Positions 30,262-40,212 of a stretch of 64,000 nt of DNA are shown here, piece after piece; within the stretch, counting starts at the first letter, position 1; every line of letters begins with the position of its first letter. Position numbers and translations under genes: made by a program. Source of the stretch: Gammaproteobacteria bacterium (GTDB lineage Bacteria; Pseudomonadota; Gammaproteobacteria; UBA4575); NCBI GenBank assembly GCA_965221955.1, contig CBDCTA010000018.1, positions 128,001 through 192,000 on the forward strand. The letters run 5' to 3'. A model generated the notes under the pieces. It searched no databases, was not told where the DNA came from, and saw only the letters and a list, made by a program, of their open reading frames with translations.

Positions 30262-31260
30262 CTAGTATTTGCGCTTTGCTAACACTAAAGAAAAATATTC
30301 ATTTTTAGGCTCAAAGTGCATTACCTCGGCCAAACCACTCTTATCTAATAAATTCTGTATTGTTGACTTGGTGTATTTGCGACTGATCTCGGTAAGCACC
30401 TTCTCACCTTTAATAAACTTTATGCATTTATCTAAATCAGAGAAATGCACTAATTGATCAAGCTTTGAAACCAAATACATTTCAATCTGCTGTTTACTTT
30501 CATTATAAACCGCTTGGTGCGAAAAATTGTTTAAGTCAAAATCTGCACCTAAATTCTCATTAAGCACATTTAATACATTTAAATTAAACTTTGAAGTTAC
30601 ACCTTCACTGTCATCATAAGCATGCTCAAGTACTTTTTTGTCTTTAACTCGATCCATACCAATTAAGAAGTAATCTTCTGCATGCATTTTTTCTGCAACT
30701 TGAGATAAAAGCTGAATAGACTCATGTTCAGTAAAATTTCCTATTGAGCTGCCAATAAATGCATAAAGAACAGGACCTTGGTAATTTGGCACTGTTTGAA
30801 TAGCAGGTTTGTATTCTCCCACAATAGAATGAATAGATAAGTTTGCAAACATGTTTAATAACCTAGCTGCTGATTGAATCAACACTTCTTCACAAACATC
30901 TATACTGATGTAACTAAATTCACCAGTATTCAAATCAGCATTTATTTCAGACAACAACACCTCTGTTTTTTTTGAGGTCCCAGCACCCAGCTCAACACAA
31001 ATTTGAGGTTGCACGGTTTTTATAATTTTTCCTGCATGCTCTTGTAGTAATGCTAATTCTGTACGAGTGGGGTAATAATCTTGGGTATCACAAATTTGAT
31101 CAAAAAGCTTTGAGCCCAGATCATCATAAAAATATTTTGGCGGCAGGCTGCGCGGCGCCACAAATAAACCTTGCTGCACATCACCTTGCAGTGTTTTTAA
31201 GAAGTCTTGAGAAGAAAGTGTCTGTAAATGAAATCGCGTACTGTCTATAGGTGAATCCAT
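30262..31260 (-). CDS. egtD: L-histidine N-alpha-methyltransferase (ergothioneine pathway)
   Basis: LPPKYFYDDLGSKLF, YYPTRTE, ELGAG, GSSIGNF, AYDDSEGVT and TEISRKY; likely start MDSP at 31260 after AAAGGG. Confidence 0.88.
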   Translation of the reverse strand: MDSPIDSTRFHLQTLSSQDFLKTLQGDVQQGLFVAPRSLPPKYFYDDLGSKLFDQICDTQDYYPTRTELALLQEHAGKIIKTVQPQICVELGAGTSKKTEVLLSEINADLNTGEFSYISIDVCEEVLIQSAARLLNMFANLSIHSIVGEYKPAIQTVPNYQGPVLYAFIGSSIGNFTEHESIQLLSQVAEKMHAEDYFLIGMDRVKDKKVLEHAYDDSEGVTSKFNLNVLNVLNENLGADFDLNNFSHQAVYNESKQQIEMYLVSKLDQLVHFSDLDKCIKFIKGEKVLTEISRKYTKSTIQNLLDKSGLAEVMHFEPKNEYFSLVLAKRKY

Positions 31261-31451
31261 AGATATCCCTTTAAATTCAGGGTAGCATTGCAATTCGGAT
31301 GTGTCTAATGTCGAGCCCTAAGATCTTACAAGCTCGTATTACATTAGCGATTAAATCCGAAGTAAGCAAAAAAATAAAGAGAATAATGTTCATTGCTTTG
31401 CTAAAAATTCTAAAAAATATTTACAAAGTTTAGTTACTAAGGGAGGAGCTA

Positions 31452-32786
31452 ATGGAAGCAATCACATCGCTTTTAAATCAACTTAGTAGTTTTATCTGGG
31501 GCCCTATCATGCTCGCCTTGCTACTTGGCGTTGGTATTTATTTAACCCTAGGCTTGAAGTTTATGCCGTGGCGAAAATTAGGTCATGGTTTTAAATTACT
31601 TTTCTCCGGACAGGCTGACAAAGATCAAGGTGACATTAGCCCATTTCAAGCTTTAATGACGGCACTCTCCGCAACCATCGGCACAGGCAATATCGCTGGT
31701 GTCGCGACGGCAATTTTTTTAGGTGGACCGGGCGCTATTTTTTGGATGTGGGTGACCGCCCTATTTGGCATGGCGACCAAATATGGTGAAGCCGTACTCG
31801 CAGTGAAATATAGAGAAGTGGATTCACGCGGGAAACGCCAAGGTGGCCCGATGTATTACATTAAAAATGGTCTAGGAAAAAATTGGCAATGGCTAGGCTT
31901 TTTATTTGCTCTGTTTGGAACGATTGCAGCGTTTGGTATAGGCAATATGGTGCAATCTAATTCGGTGGCAGATGCACTACAAAGCAATTTTAGCATTGAC
32001 CCAATAATTACTGGGATTGTATTAGCAATTCTGGTAGGCCTTGTGATTATTGGTGGTGTCAAACGTATTGGTGAAGTCGCTGGAAAGCTTGTCCCGATCA
32101 TGGCCATCGCATATATAGCGGGTTCGTTAATCGTAATCTTTGCTAATTTTGACCAAATTGGAAATGCTTTCAGTCTTATTTTTTCCAGCGCATTTAGTGG
32201 CACCGCTGCAACCGGTGGATTTGCTGGTGCGGCAGTGTGGGCTGCAATTCGTTTTGGTGTAGCACGAGGTGTATTTTCTAACGAAGCAGGTTTGGGTAGT
32301 GCGCCCATTGCGCATGCAGCAGCACAAACAGATGACCCTGTACGCCAAGGCATGATTGGTATGCTTGGAACGTTCATCGACACTATTATTGTTTGCACAA
32401 TGACGGCACTCGTTATTTTATTAACTGGCGCTTGGACCAGTGGTGAAACCGGCGCGTCTCTTTCAACTTTAGCTTACGGACAAGGAATTAGCGGTGGAAA
32501 TTATATTGTAACCATCGGTTTAGTCATCTTTGCATTTACAACACTAATTGGTTGGAGCTATTACGGCGAACGTTGTGCAGAATTTATTTTTGGCACCGCC
32601 ATCATCATTCCTTATAGAATCGTATGGGTAGTAGCCGTAATGACCGGCGCATTAATCAAACTTAATTTTGTATGGTTACTAGCAGATGTGATGAATGGCT
32701 TCATGGCAATACCTAACTTAATTGCACTTGCCCTATTAAGCCCAGTGATCTTTAAAGTTACTAAAGATTACTTAAATAAAAATTGA
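31452..32786 (+). CDS. Alanine/glycine:cation symporter (AGCS, AlsT-like)
   Basis: TIGTGNIAGVATAI, GGPMYYI, RGVFSNEAGLGSA and FIDTIIVCTMT; RBS GGAGG. Confidence 0.92.
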   Translation: MEAITSLLNQLSSFIWGPIMLALLLGVGIYLTLGLKFMPWRKLGHGFKLLFSGQADKDQGDISPFQALMTALSATIGTGNIAGVATAIFLGGPGAIFWMWVTALFGMATKYGEAVLAVKYREVDSRGKRQGGPMYYIKNGLGKNWQWLGFLFALFGTIAAFGIGNMVQSNSVADALQSNFSIDPIITGIVLAILVGLVIIGGVKRIGEVAGKLVPIMAIAYIAGSLIVIFANFDQIGNAFSLIFSSAFSGTAATGGFAGAAVWAAIRFGVARGVFSNEAGLGSAPIAHAAAQTDDPVRQGMIGMLGTFIDTIIVCTMTALVILLTGAWTSGETGASLSTLAYGQGISGGNYIVTIGLVIFAFTTLIGWSYYGERCAEFIFGTAIIIPYRIVWVVAVMTGALIKLNFVWLLADVMNGFMAIPNLIALALLSPVIFKVTKDYLNKN

Positions 32787-32812
32787 AGGCGATTAACTAT
32801 TAAGCTAATGGA

Positions 32813-33667
32813 ATGAACTTAACCAGTCATAGCAAGGAAGCGCTAAAAGAAATCAAGCAATCAGTCAGTATCGCCCTGAAAGAAGATGTCGGCGATGGTG
32901 ATGTAACTGCTGCTTCATTTACCAATAATGAAACTGCTTGCGCCAAGGTAATCTGTCGCGAGCAAGCTGTTCTGTGTGGTCAACAATGGTTCGAACTGTC
33001 GTTTCACCAACTAGACCCTGATATCACAATTGAATGGATGCTTCGTGACGGCGATGTAATGGAACAAGACACTACAATTTGCTCATTAAATGGTAATGCT
33101 CAAGCTATTCTAACCGGCGAACGCACGGCATTGAATTTTTTGCAAGCATTATCTGGCACTGCTACCAAAACAAAAACCTATGTAGATCGTATTTCAGGCA
33201 CTGGTGCACAAATCCTTGATACACGCAAAACACTTCCTGGAATGCGCTATGCACAGAAATATGCGGTACGTTGTGGAGGTGGAAAAAATCACCGCATGGG
33301 CCTATACGACGCAATTTTAATTAAAGAAAATCACATTGCTACTTCCGGCTCCGTTTCAAAAGCAGTGGAGAACGCGAAACAACAATACCCTTCACTTAAA
33401 TTAGAAGTTGAAGTAGAGAACACCGAACAACTCAAAGAAGCATTGGCCACACAAGCCGATGTGATCTTGCTAGATAATTTTTCTTTAGCAGAATTAGAAA
33501 ATGCAGTCGCGCTCAATGATGAGAAAAAGAAACTCGAAGCTTCAGGCAACATGACACTAGAGAATATTCGCGAAGTTGCGAAAACAGGCGTCGACTATAT
33601 TTCTATTGGCGCAATCACAAAGCATTTAACTGCAGTAGATTTTTCTATGCGTTTTGAAACCAATTAA
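32813..33667 (+). CDS. nadC: Nicotinate-nucleotide diphosphorylase (carboxylating)
   Basis: ERTALNFLQ, DTRKTLPG, HRMGLYD, LIKENH, EVEV, LLDN and EASG. Confidence 0.95.
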   Translation: MNLTSHSKEALKEIKQSVSIALKEDVGDGDVTAASFTNNETACAKVICREQAVLCGQQWFELSFHQLDPDITIEWMLRDGDVMEQDTTICSLNGNAQAILTGERTALNFLQALSGTATKTKTYVDRISGTGAQILDTRKTLPGMRYAQKYAVRCGGGKNHRMGLYDAILIKENHIATSGSVSKAVENAKQQYPSLKLEVEVENTEQLKEALATQADVILLDNFSLAELENAVALNDEKKKLEASGNMTLENIREVAKTGVDYISIGAITKHLTAVDFSMRFETN

Positions 33668-33668
33668 A

Positions 33669-34442
33669 TTAAGCAAGCTCTTTTTTCGCTAGTTGCCAAT
33701 ATTCTTCTAACTCTTCTAGCGAACACTCATCTATTTTTTTGTCGTCAAGATTTAAACGTTCTTCAATATTTTGAAATCTCTTAATAAATTTTTTATTACT
33801 TTTACGCAATGCCTCTTCCGCATTGATTTTTATATGCCTACTAAGATTAACCACTGAAAACAGCAAATCACCTAACTCTTCCTCCAAATCAGCCAATTGA
33901 TTACCAGTATTGATCACCTCTTTAAGTTCATTTAGTTCTTCCTCAACTTTTTCAATCACCTGATTCAGTTCCGACCAATCAAAGCCAACTGTTGCTACTC
34001 GCTTTTGAATTTTTTTAGCGCGTAATAATTGGGGCATGGCGGCAGGTATCTCATTCAGCAAACTATTCGTAGCCGATTTCTCTTCACGCTCTTGTTGCTT
34101 AATCTGCTCCCAACTTTTTAGCTGTTCAGTATTGTCTTTATCAAATACATGTGGATGACGACGTACTAACTTATTACAAATATTTTCTGCTACATCTTCA
34201 AAATTAAATAGCTCTTTTTCTTTGGCCATTTGAGTGTAGTAAACAATTTGCAATAACAAATCACCAAGCTCATCTTTAAGCTGCACAAAATCTTGCCTAT
34301 CGATCGCATCTGCCACCTCATAAACTTCTTCGATGGTATACGGCAAAATGGTTTGAAAAGTTTGTTCAACATCCCAAGGGCAACCATTTTCAGGGTCTCG
34401 TAGTGTTTGCATGATGTTGAGTAGACGAAACAGATTATCCAT
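33669..34442 (-). CDS. mazG: Nucleoside triphosphate pyrophosphohydrolase
   Basis: LRDPENGCPWD, EEVYEV, ELGDLLLQ, RRHPHVF and EELGDLLF. Confidence 0.95.
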   Translation of the reverse strand: MDNLFRLLNIMQTLRDPENGCPWDVEQTFQTILPYTIEEVYEVADAIDRQDFVQLKDELGDLLLQIVYYTQMAKEKELFNFEDVAENICNKLVRRHPHVFDKDNTEQLKSWEQIKQQEREEKSATNSLLNEIPAAMPQLLRAKKIQKRVATVGFDWSELNQVIEKVEEELNELKEVINTGNQLADLEEELGDLLFSVVNLSRHIKINAEEALRKSNKKFIKRFQNIEERLNLDDKKIDECSLEELEEYWQLAKKELA

Positions 34443-34606
34443 AGCACCTCATTTTCGACACTTGTGTGAAAAAACCACCATTATATTAGCTTTCTCTAAT
34501 ATTCTAATTTATCTCAGATTCGCTCTTTCGGCCTGAAAGGCTTCTTTATTTATCAATACGTTCCGAGAACTTTTCAAACCACTTTTTTTGTATAGTAATG
34601 TGAAAT

Positions 34607-34624
34607 TTGTCATACTATTGTCAT
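34607..34624 (+). promoter_or_regulatory. Direct-repeat operator, PHO-box-like
   Basis: TTGTCAT-ACTA-TTGTCAT (7-4-7) about 11 nt upstream of GATAAT. Confidence 0.45.
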
Positions 34625-34644
34625 GATATTCGAATGATAATGAT

Positions 34645-34839
34645 ATGACACCGCCAAACGATAAAAAGCCCCCCGATTCAGCACTACTGCAAGTACGGAT
34701 ATCTCGTGATTTACGCGATGAATTTATGCGCCAAGTCAAGGAAGAGGATGATAGCGCCTCACGCTTGGTGCGGCAGTGGATACGTCAATACATAAAGGCG
34801 AATGCCCAAAGCAGCCTTTTTAAAGGGGAATCTATCTAG
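34645..34839 (+). CDS. Small ribbon-helix-helix (CopG/Arc-like) DNA-binding protein
   Basis: LLQVRISRDLRDEF...SASRLVRQWIRQYI beta-alpha-alpha pattern. Confidence 0.65.
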   Translation: MTPPNDKKPPDSALLQVRISRDLRDEFMRQVKEEDDSASRLVRQWIRQYIKANAQSSLFKGESI

Positions 34840-34842
34840 CTC

Positions 34843-37434
34843 GTGATTCGAACTATCGACAAACGCTACAAAAACAAGATGAGCGCCAACCACGCACATG
34901 ATGGCAGCGATTCAAACCAGTTTTCAAATATGGCGATAAAAGTATCTTTAGTGAATGTTGGCAAAGATCTCTGGACCTATCTTTGTCGCCACACTCCGCC
35001 TCCACTAGCAATCTCTAATCTTGCTAGTGAACAACAGCTTACTGAAATTTTGCATGATGGTCATATCGATAGCCGAGTAATTGTACTGGGCCATCATATG
35101 AAAGAACCTTTGCATGTAATTAATTGGATTCTTGAACACGACAAAACAATTAAAATATTTTTACTGCGCAAGCCTACTGACTTTGATTTATTAGACCAAG
35201 CCATTAAAGAAGACCCTGAATTAGCAAATGATGTTGAAGTGTGGTCAACCGCCAACATCAAAGCTTTGCCCACTGCATTAAAAAATTCACTAGAAAAAAT
35301 TAATGTAGAAAAAGATGAGTTGATTGAGTTTGAATCTTCTCTAGTAACTGAGCCAGAAATTACCCCAATAACTCAAGATATTGCTCCAGAAAACAAGCTC
35401 GATACGATTTTAGAAGTTGCTTCGATTGGGCTATTAAGTGTTGACGAAGAAGACACGATTGTAGAACTCAATACTACAGCGGCTATGATGCTCAACCTTG
35501 ATGAACAAGATTCACTAGGTACACCGCTTTCTTTGATTTTTGAACAGTCCGAAATCATAAAATTGCATCATATTATTAACACCTGTGAAGATGATTCCGA
35601 TGATCTTTCTCCAGATATCAAATTTATCGCATCTGATGGATACCTAAAATTTTTCCGTGTCTCTGCCTTTTATGAAAATGATAGTACACAAAATATTTTT
35701 AACTTAATTTTGCAAGATATCACCAAGACCGCGATTACAGAAAACAAACTCGAACAAGAAAAACAACGCAATCGCATTACATTAAAGTTACTTAAAGATG
35801 GTGTGATCGCCACCGATATGAAATGTAATATTGAATCAATGAACCCTGTGGCAGAAGGTTTAACTGGTTGGCCTAGTTACGAAGCTAAAAGCAATCACAT
35901 AGACAACATCCTCAAACTAATCGATGCTAATACTCGTGAGCGTATTACTAACTTAGGCAAAAACTGTATAGATACGGGTAAAGCAATTGAGTCTAAAAGC
36001 AATCTAATATTATTAGACCGCTTTAATAACGAGCATCCAATCGAATTATCCATCACTCCAAGTAGTTCGCTAAATCTAGAAAGTGGCGGTTTAGTACTCA
36101 TCTTTAAAGACGCCTCAGAAACCAAACGACTCACGCAAGAAATCAGCCACCAAGCATCACACGATTCATTAACTGGTTTATTAAACAGACAAGAGTTTGA
36201 ATATAGATTAGAAGGCGCGATATCTAGTGCCGCAACTCATGATGTGCAGCATGTGCTGTGCTATTTAGATTTAAATCAATTTAAAATTATTAATGCACAA
36301 GCGGGACATACAGCTGGCGACATTGTTCTCAAACAAGCTGCTGATCATATGAAACAACATATGCGCAGCATTGATGTGTTTGCGCGTTTGGGTGGCGATG
36401 AATTCGCTCTGTTGCTCGTGAACACTACTGTTGACCAAGCTAAACTTATTGCTCAAGAACTTATCAATACAATTCGCAATTCAACGTTTAAATGGCGAGA
36501 TCAGCATTTTGAAATTGGTATTAGCATAGGTTTAATCACCATCGATAAAAATTCTCAAGATCCGGCACATATGTTAACGCGAGCAGAATTAGCATGCTTT
36601 ACTGCAAAAGATCACGGGCGCAACAAATTACACATTTATAGACAAGAAGACGATGAGTTAACTCGTCGTCATACCGAAATGATGCGTGCTGCAGGAGTTA
36701 CCGGCGCGCTTCAAGAAGATCGTTTTAAAATTTATTGCCAACCTATTGTTGCATTATCGCCGCAAAATAAAGAGTCGCTGCATTACGAATTATTAATACG
36801 CTTAACCGATCCTAAAGGCGATCTCATCATGCCTGCAAGCTTTATTCCTGCAGCAGAACGCTATGGCTTAATGACAAGTCTTGATCGCTGGATGATTAGC
36901 ACGGCCTTCCATAGCTATAACGACATATTCGGCAAAGAATCGGGTGTGCAAATTGCGATTAACTTATCTGGAAACTCATTAAACGATGATTCTTTATTAG
37001 ACTTTATTAAAGACGAAATTGCTAAAACTGAGATTGAGCCATCAAACGTTTGCTTTGAAATAACTGAAACAGCGGCAATTAGCAATCTTGATCAGGTAAG
37101 CCAATTAATTCTCGAACTCAAACGCATCGGCTGTCGCTTCGCACTCGATGACTTTGGTAGTGGCTTATCTTCATTTACTTATCTAAAGAATCTTCCTGTT
37201 GATTATTTAAAGATTGACGGTAGCTTTGTGCACGACATGATTGACGACACCATTGACCATGCAATGGTAGAAGCGATCAATCAAGTGGGACACATCATGG
37301 GTATCGGCACTATCGCAGAATGTGCTGAAAGCGAAGAAGTTGTCGAGATGTTGCGCGAACTTGGCGTTGATTACGCACAAGGTTTTGCTATGGGGTCACC
37401 AGTACCCATTGAAGGCTTGAAGCAGGTTAATTAA
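34843..37434 (+). CDS. PAS-GGDEF-EAL c-di-GMP enzyme
   Basis: Two PAS-like regions, HDSLTGLLNR, RSID...RLGGDEF, YELLIR, ALDDFGSG and LKIDGSF. Confidence 0.92.
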   Translation: MIRTIDKRYKNKMSANHAHDGSDSNQFSNMAIKVSLVNVGKDLWTYLCRHTPPPLAISNLASEQQLTEILHDGHIDSRVIVLGHHMKEPLHVINWILEHDKTIKIFLLRKPTDFDLLDQAIKEDPELANDVEVWSTANIKALPTALKNSLEKINVEKDELIEFESSLVTEPEITPITQDIAPENKLDTILEVASIGLLSVDEEDTIVELNTTAAMMLNLDEQDSLGTPLSLIFEQSEIIKLHHIINTCEDDSDDLSPDIKFIASDGYLKFFRVSAFYENDSTQNIFNLILQDITKTAITENKLEQEKQRNRITLKLLKDGVIATDMKCNIESMNPVAEGLTGWPSYEAKSNHIDNILKLIDANTRERITNLGKNCIDTGKAIESKSNLILLDRFNNEHPIELSITPSSSLNLESGGLVLIFKDASETKRLTQEISHQASHDSLTGLLNRQEFEYRLEGAISSAATHDVQHVLCYLDLNQFKIINAQAGHTAGDIVLKQAADHMKQHMRSIDVFARLGGDEFALLLVNTTVDQAKLIAQELINTIRNSTFKWRDQHFEIGISIGLITIDKNSQDPAHMLTRAELACFTAKDHGRNKLHIYRQEDDELTRRHTEMMRAAGVTGALQEDRFKIYCQPIVALSPQNKESLHYELLIRLTDPKGDLIMPASFIPAAERYGLMTSLDRWMISTAFHSYNDIFGKESGVQIAINLSGNSLNDDSLLDFIKDEIAKTEIEPSNVCFEITETAAISNLDQVSQLILELKRIGCRFALDDFGSGLSSFTYLKNLPVDYLKIDGSFVHDMIDDTIDHAMVEAINQVGHIMGIGTIAECAESEEVVEMLRELGVDYAQGFAMGSPVPIEGLKQVN

Positions 37435-38544
37435 ATGGCAACTTTACCTCATATTGAAGAAGAAATTACTGAGATTGACGCATTGCGCAATCGGCTTGAA
37501 TCTTTAGTGCATGATGCACGAAGAAATGAAGTTACTCTGCGCAAATTTCAAAACCTAGAGTTAAGGTTATTAAGTTGTAGCTCACTTGCTGAGCTTATGC
37601 AGCTAGTTGCACACAAAAGTAAATCCACCTTCGGTTGGGATGTATTAACGATTGTTTTACACGATGAACATCAGGATATAAAAAGATTATTGCGGGATGT
37701 AGGCGAAGACACTAGCCGTTACCCTGAACTAATTTTTACCAGCGACATCTTAAGTCTCAAAAAATTTTATGGGCGTTACAAAAAGCCATTACTTGGCGCA
37801 TTTGATATTAACCTCCACGAAGATTTATTTTTAAATGATCGAAAATATCCTCGTAGTGTAGCTCTACTCCCGCTGTTCAGAAAAAACAAGCTCCTAGGTA
37901 GTCTTAATTTAGGCAGCTTTCAACTGAACCGATTTAATAAACAAGATGCTACAGACTTTTTAGAGCATCTTGCTGCAGTCTTAGCAACTTGTCTTGATAC
38001 GACCATTGCGCAAGAAAAACTTAAACAAGCTGGTTTAACGGATTCTTTAACAGGTGTAAACAATCGTAGGTTTTTCGATCAACGTTTAAATGAAGAAATT
38101 TCACGTGCGCAACGTTTACAATCCTCTGTAAGCTGCTTATTTATTGACATTGACCATTTCAAAGTGGTGAATGATAGCTTCGGACACGAAACTGGCGATA
38201 TCGTATTAACTAAAGTTGCTGAATTGATACGCGCGCAACTACGCAATATAGATGTAGTAGCTCGTTATGGCGGTGAAGAATTCGCAGTGTTGCTCGAACA
38301 ATCAGGTCAAGATTACGCAGAAGAAGTTGCAGAACGTATTCAACAAAGTATTTCTGAAACTACCTTTGTCGATGGAGAAAACTGCTCTTTAACGGTTTCA
38401 ATTGGCGTATCAACAATCGAACGACCCAATACCAAACAAAATACATTCGACCTGGGACGCGAGTTATTACGCAAAGCTGATAAAGCGCTGTATCAAGCTA
38501 AGCAAGATGGGCGCAATAAAGTTGTACTCCACAGCACGTTATAA
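37435..38544 (+). CDS. DUF484/GAF-like diguanylate cyclase
   Basis: TDSLTGVNNRR, IDIDHFK, RNID...RYGGEEF and ADKALYQAK; N-terminal ATDFLEHLA segment. Confidence 0.9.
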   Translation: MATLPHIEEEITEIDALRNRLESLVHDARRNEVTLRKFQNLELRLLSCSSLAELMQLVAHKSKSTFGWDVLTIVLHDEHQDIKRLLRDVGEDTSRYPELIFTSDILSLKKFYGRYKKPLLGAFDINLHEDLFLNDRKYPRSVALLPLFRKNKLLGSLNLGSFQLNRFNKQDATDFLEHLAAVLATCLDTTIAQEKLKQAGLTDSLTGVNNRRFFDQRLNEEISRAQRLQSSVSCLFIDIDHFKVVNDSFGHETGDIVLTKVAELIRAQLRNIDVVARYGGEEFAVLLEQSGQDYAEEVAERIQQSISETTFVDGENCSLTVSIGVSTIERPNTKQNTFDLGRELLRKADKALYQAKQDGRNKVVLHSTL

Positions 38545-38583
38545 ATTGCTAGATAGATTACTAAACAAATAATTAGAAATTAC

Positions 38584-38919
38584 TCATCTCAAACTTGGAA
38601 ATTCTCCAAGCGGTCTTTTAAATGTAAACTCAGCTGGTTCTTTTACCAACTTCTCTCTTGCCTGCTTCTCATTTCCACCCAACAAACTAAACGGTAACGA
38701 AACCACATATACCGCTGAACCTACTACAGTGGAAACCAAACCTACCGGCCTAGCAATCACTACGTCCGCTACCATCGCTTCCGCAGAACCCGATGCTCCG
38801 AACCCATTGCCATAGTAAGCATGGTGATCGTATGAAGAATCGCTTGCTAATACTTTCATGGGCAACATGAACAAAACACTTAATAAAGCGAACAAATAAA
38901 CCAAATATCTTCTATGCAT
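38584..38919 (-). CDS. Small exported hypothetical protein
   Basis: Signal peptide, then AMVADVVIARPVGL...PAEFTFKRPLG; RBS GGGAGAG before ATG 38919. Confidence 0.7.
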   Translation of the reverse strand: MHRRYLVYLFALLSVLFMLPMKVLASDSSYDHHAYYGNGFGASGSAEAMVADVVIARPVGLVSTVVGSAVYVVSLPFSLLGGNEKQAREKLVKEPAEFTFKRPLGEFPSLR

Positions 38920-39244
38920 AGTCACTCTCCCAGTTATTTTTCCCATTTTTTCATTACCCAAGCACTTGGCATGCAATTTTTTTCAATACCTTACTTAACT
39001 ATAACGGAATTTGTTCACATTTCTTGTTAAAAATACAAACAGGAAAACATAAATAAAATTAATTCGTTATGTTGCACTACTAACCAAAGTGTACTCACTA
39101 TTTCACTACTAATTTCCATGTAACTCTAGTTAAATTATAAGGTTATTTGTGTGCCACTTATTAAATAAGTAAAGTTCGCATACAAATAAAAACACTAAAA
39201 ATAAATTCAACTTTATTCAATTAGCGCCGTTACATAGACAACGT

Positions 39245-39364
39245 AAAAGGCAAACTCGTCGAAAGATGAGGACGCAAAGTCACCGGTCTAAGGGTTTTTA
39301 GCCAAACATCACATGGCAATGCCATGTGAAACTGCTAGAAATCTATGGCAGCGGGTCCGCCGAA
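39245..39364 (+). ncRNA. Cyclic di-GMP-I (GEMM) riboswitch
   Basis: GGCAAACTCGTC-GAAA-GATGAGGACGCAAAG..CCGGTCTAAG...CTATGGCAGCGGGTCCGCC matches the GEMM consensus (GNRA loop, GACGCAAAG, CTAA/TATGG receptor). Confidence 0.9.
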
Positions 39365-39444
39365 TGAAGCAACGAGGTATAAATTCTAACTACCTCTTCG
39401 AGTGGTCTCATATTTCTGTGTACTTTGCGCAATAGGAATATGAG

Positions 39445-39987
39445 ATGAAAGCAACAACAAACTATTTTTTACATCTAGCAATAGTATTTTTAATTGCAAG
39501 CTTTAGTGGAACATGTTTGGCTGCCTCACAAGGCAGTTTAGGTAAAACTTCATCAGGCTCAGTTGAAATTTCAGTGCATGTAAGTCAAACACTAAATACT
39601 GTAAGCCCAAATGAATTATTATTAAATCAGTCTAGTAACTCATTAAACAAAAACTCCAAGCCTTTTTGTATTGCGCATTATGGCTTTAACCAAAACGCTG
39701 GGGTTCCATATAAACTTAAAGTTGATAATTTATTCTCAGCAAAATCAAACGATGCTTTTCCATACAAAGTATATTTAGAAGATAATCATTCGTTTAAAAA
39801 TAAGTTACCTCTTGCAGTTGGGATGTCTGTGCCTAAACAAAGCAACATAACAATTAGTAAGGATTTACAACAAGAATGTGTAGCATCAGGTTTATCACTC
39901 TCTATCGAAATGAGCGAAAAGCATAAAAATAACAGTCCAGAACAACTTCATCCTGGTTTAATGCTTCTGATGGTCGAGCCCATCTAA
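39445..39987 (+). CDS. Secreted hypothetical protein, possibly fimbrial/pilin-like
   Basis: Signal peptide, then AASQGSLGKTSSGSVEISVHV; two Cys in the mature region; terminal LMLLMVEP strand; downstream of the riboswitch. Confidence 0.6.
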   Translation: MKATTNYFLHLAIVFLIASFSGTCLAASQGSLGKTSSGSVEISVHVSQTLNTVSPNELLLNQSSNSLNKNSKPFCIAHYGFNQNAGVPYKLKVDNLFSAKSNDAFPYKVYLEDNHSFKNKLPLAVGMSVPKQSNITISKDLQQECVASGLSLSIEMSEKHKNNSPEQLHPGLMLLMVEPI

Positions 39988-40212
39988 AACATGCTGTAAT
40001 TAAACTTCTTAATTTAAGCGTCTAAAAAATACACATTAAATTATATCTCCTAAGAGATAGGGTGTTTAGAAACCTCGTAATAAACCCCTTCTTGAGTCTT
40101 ATATCTTTACCTTCCCTATGTATAATCGGTAGCTCCTATTTTTAATGCTTGCTCACTATAAAAATTACTAGAGCAAGCAATATAACTTTCATTTAAAAAC
40201 AAGGAATTACAG

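Noticed and set aside
31361-31451. Expected glycine riboswitch upstream of the alanine/glycine symporter
   Set aside because: No GGAGA...CCGAAG...CTCTCAGG pattern is present.
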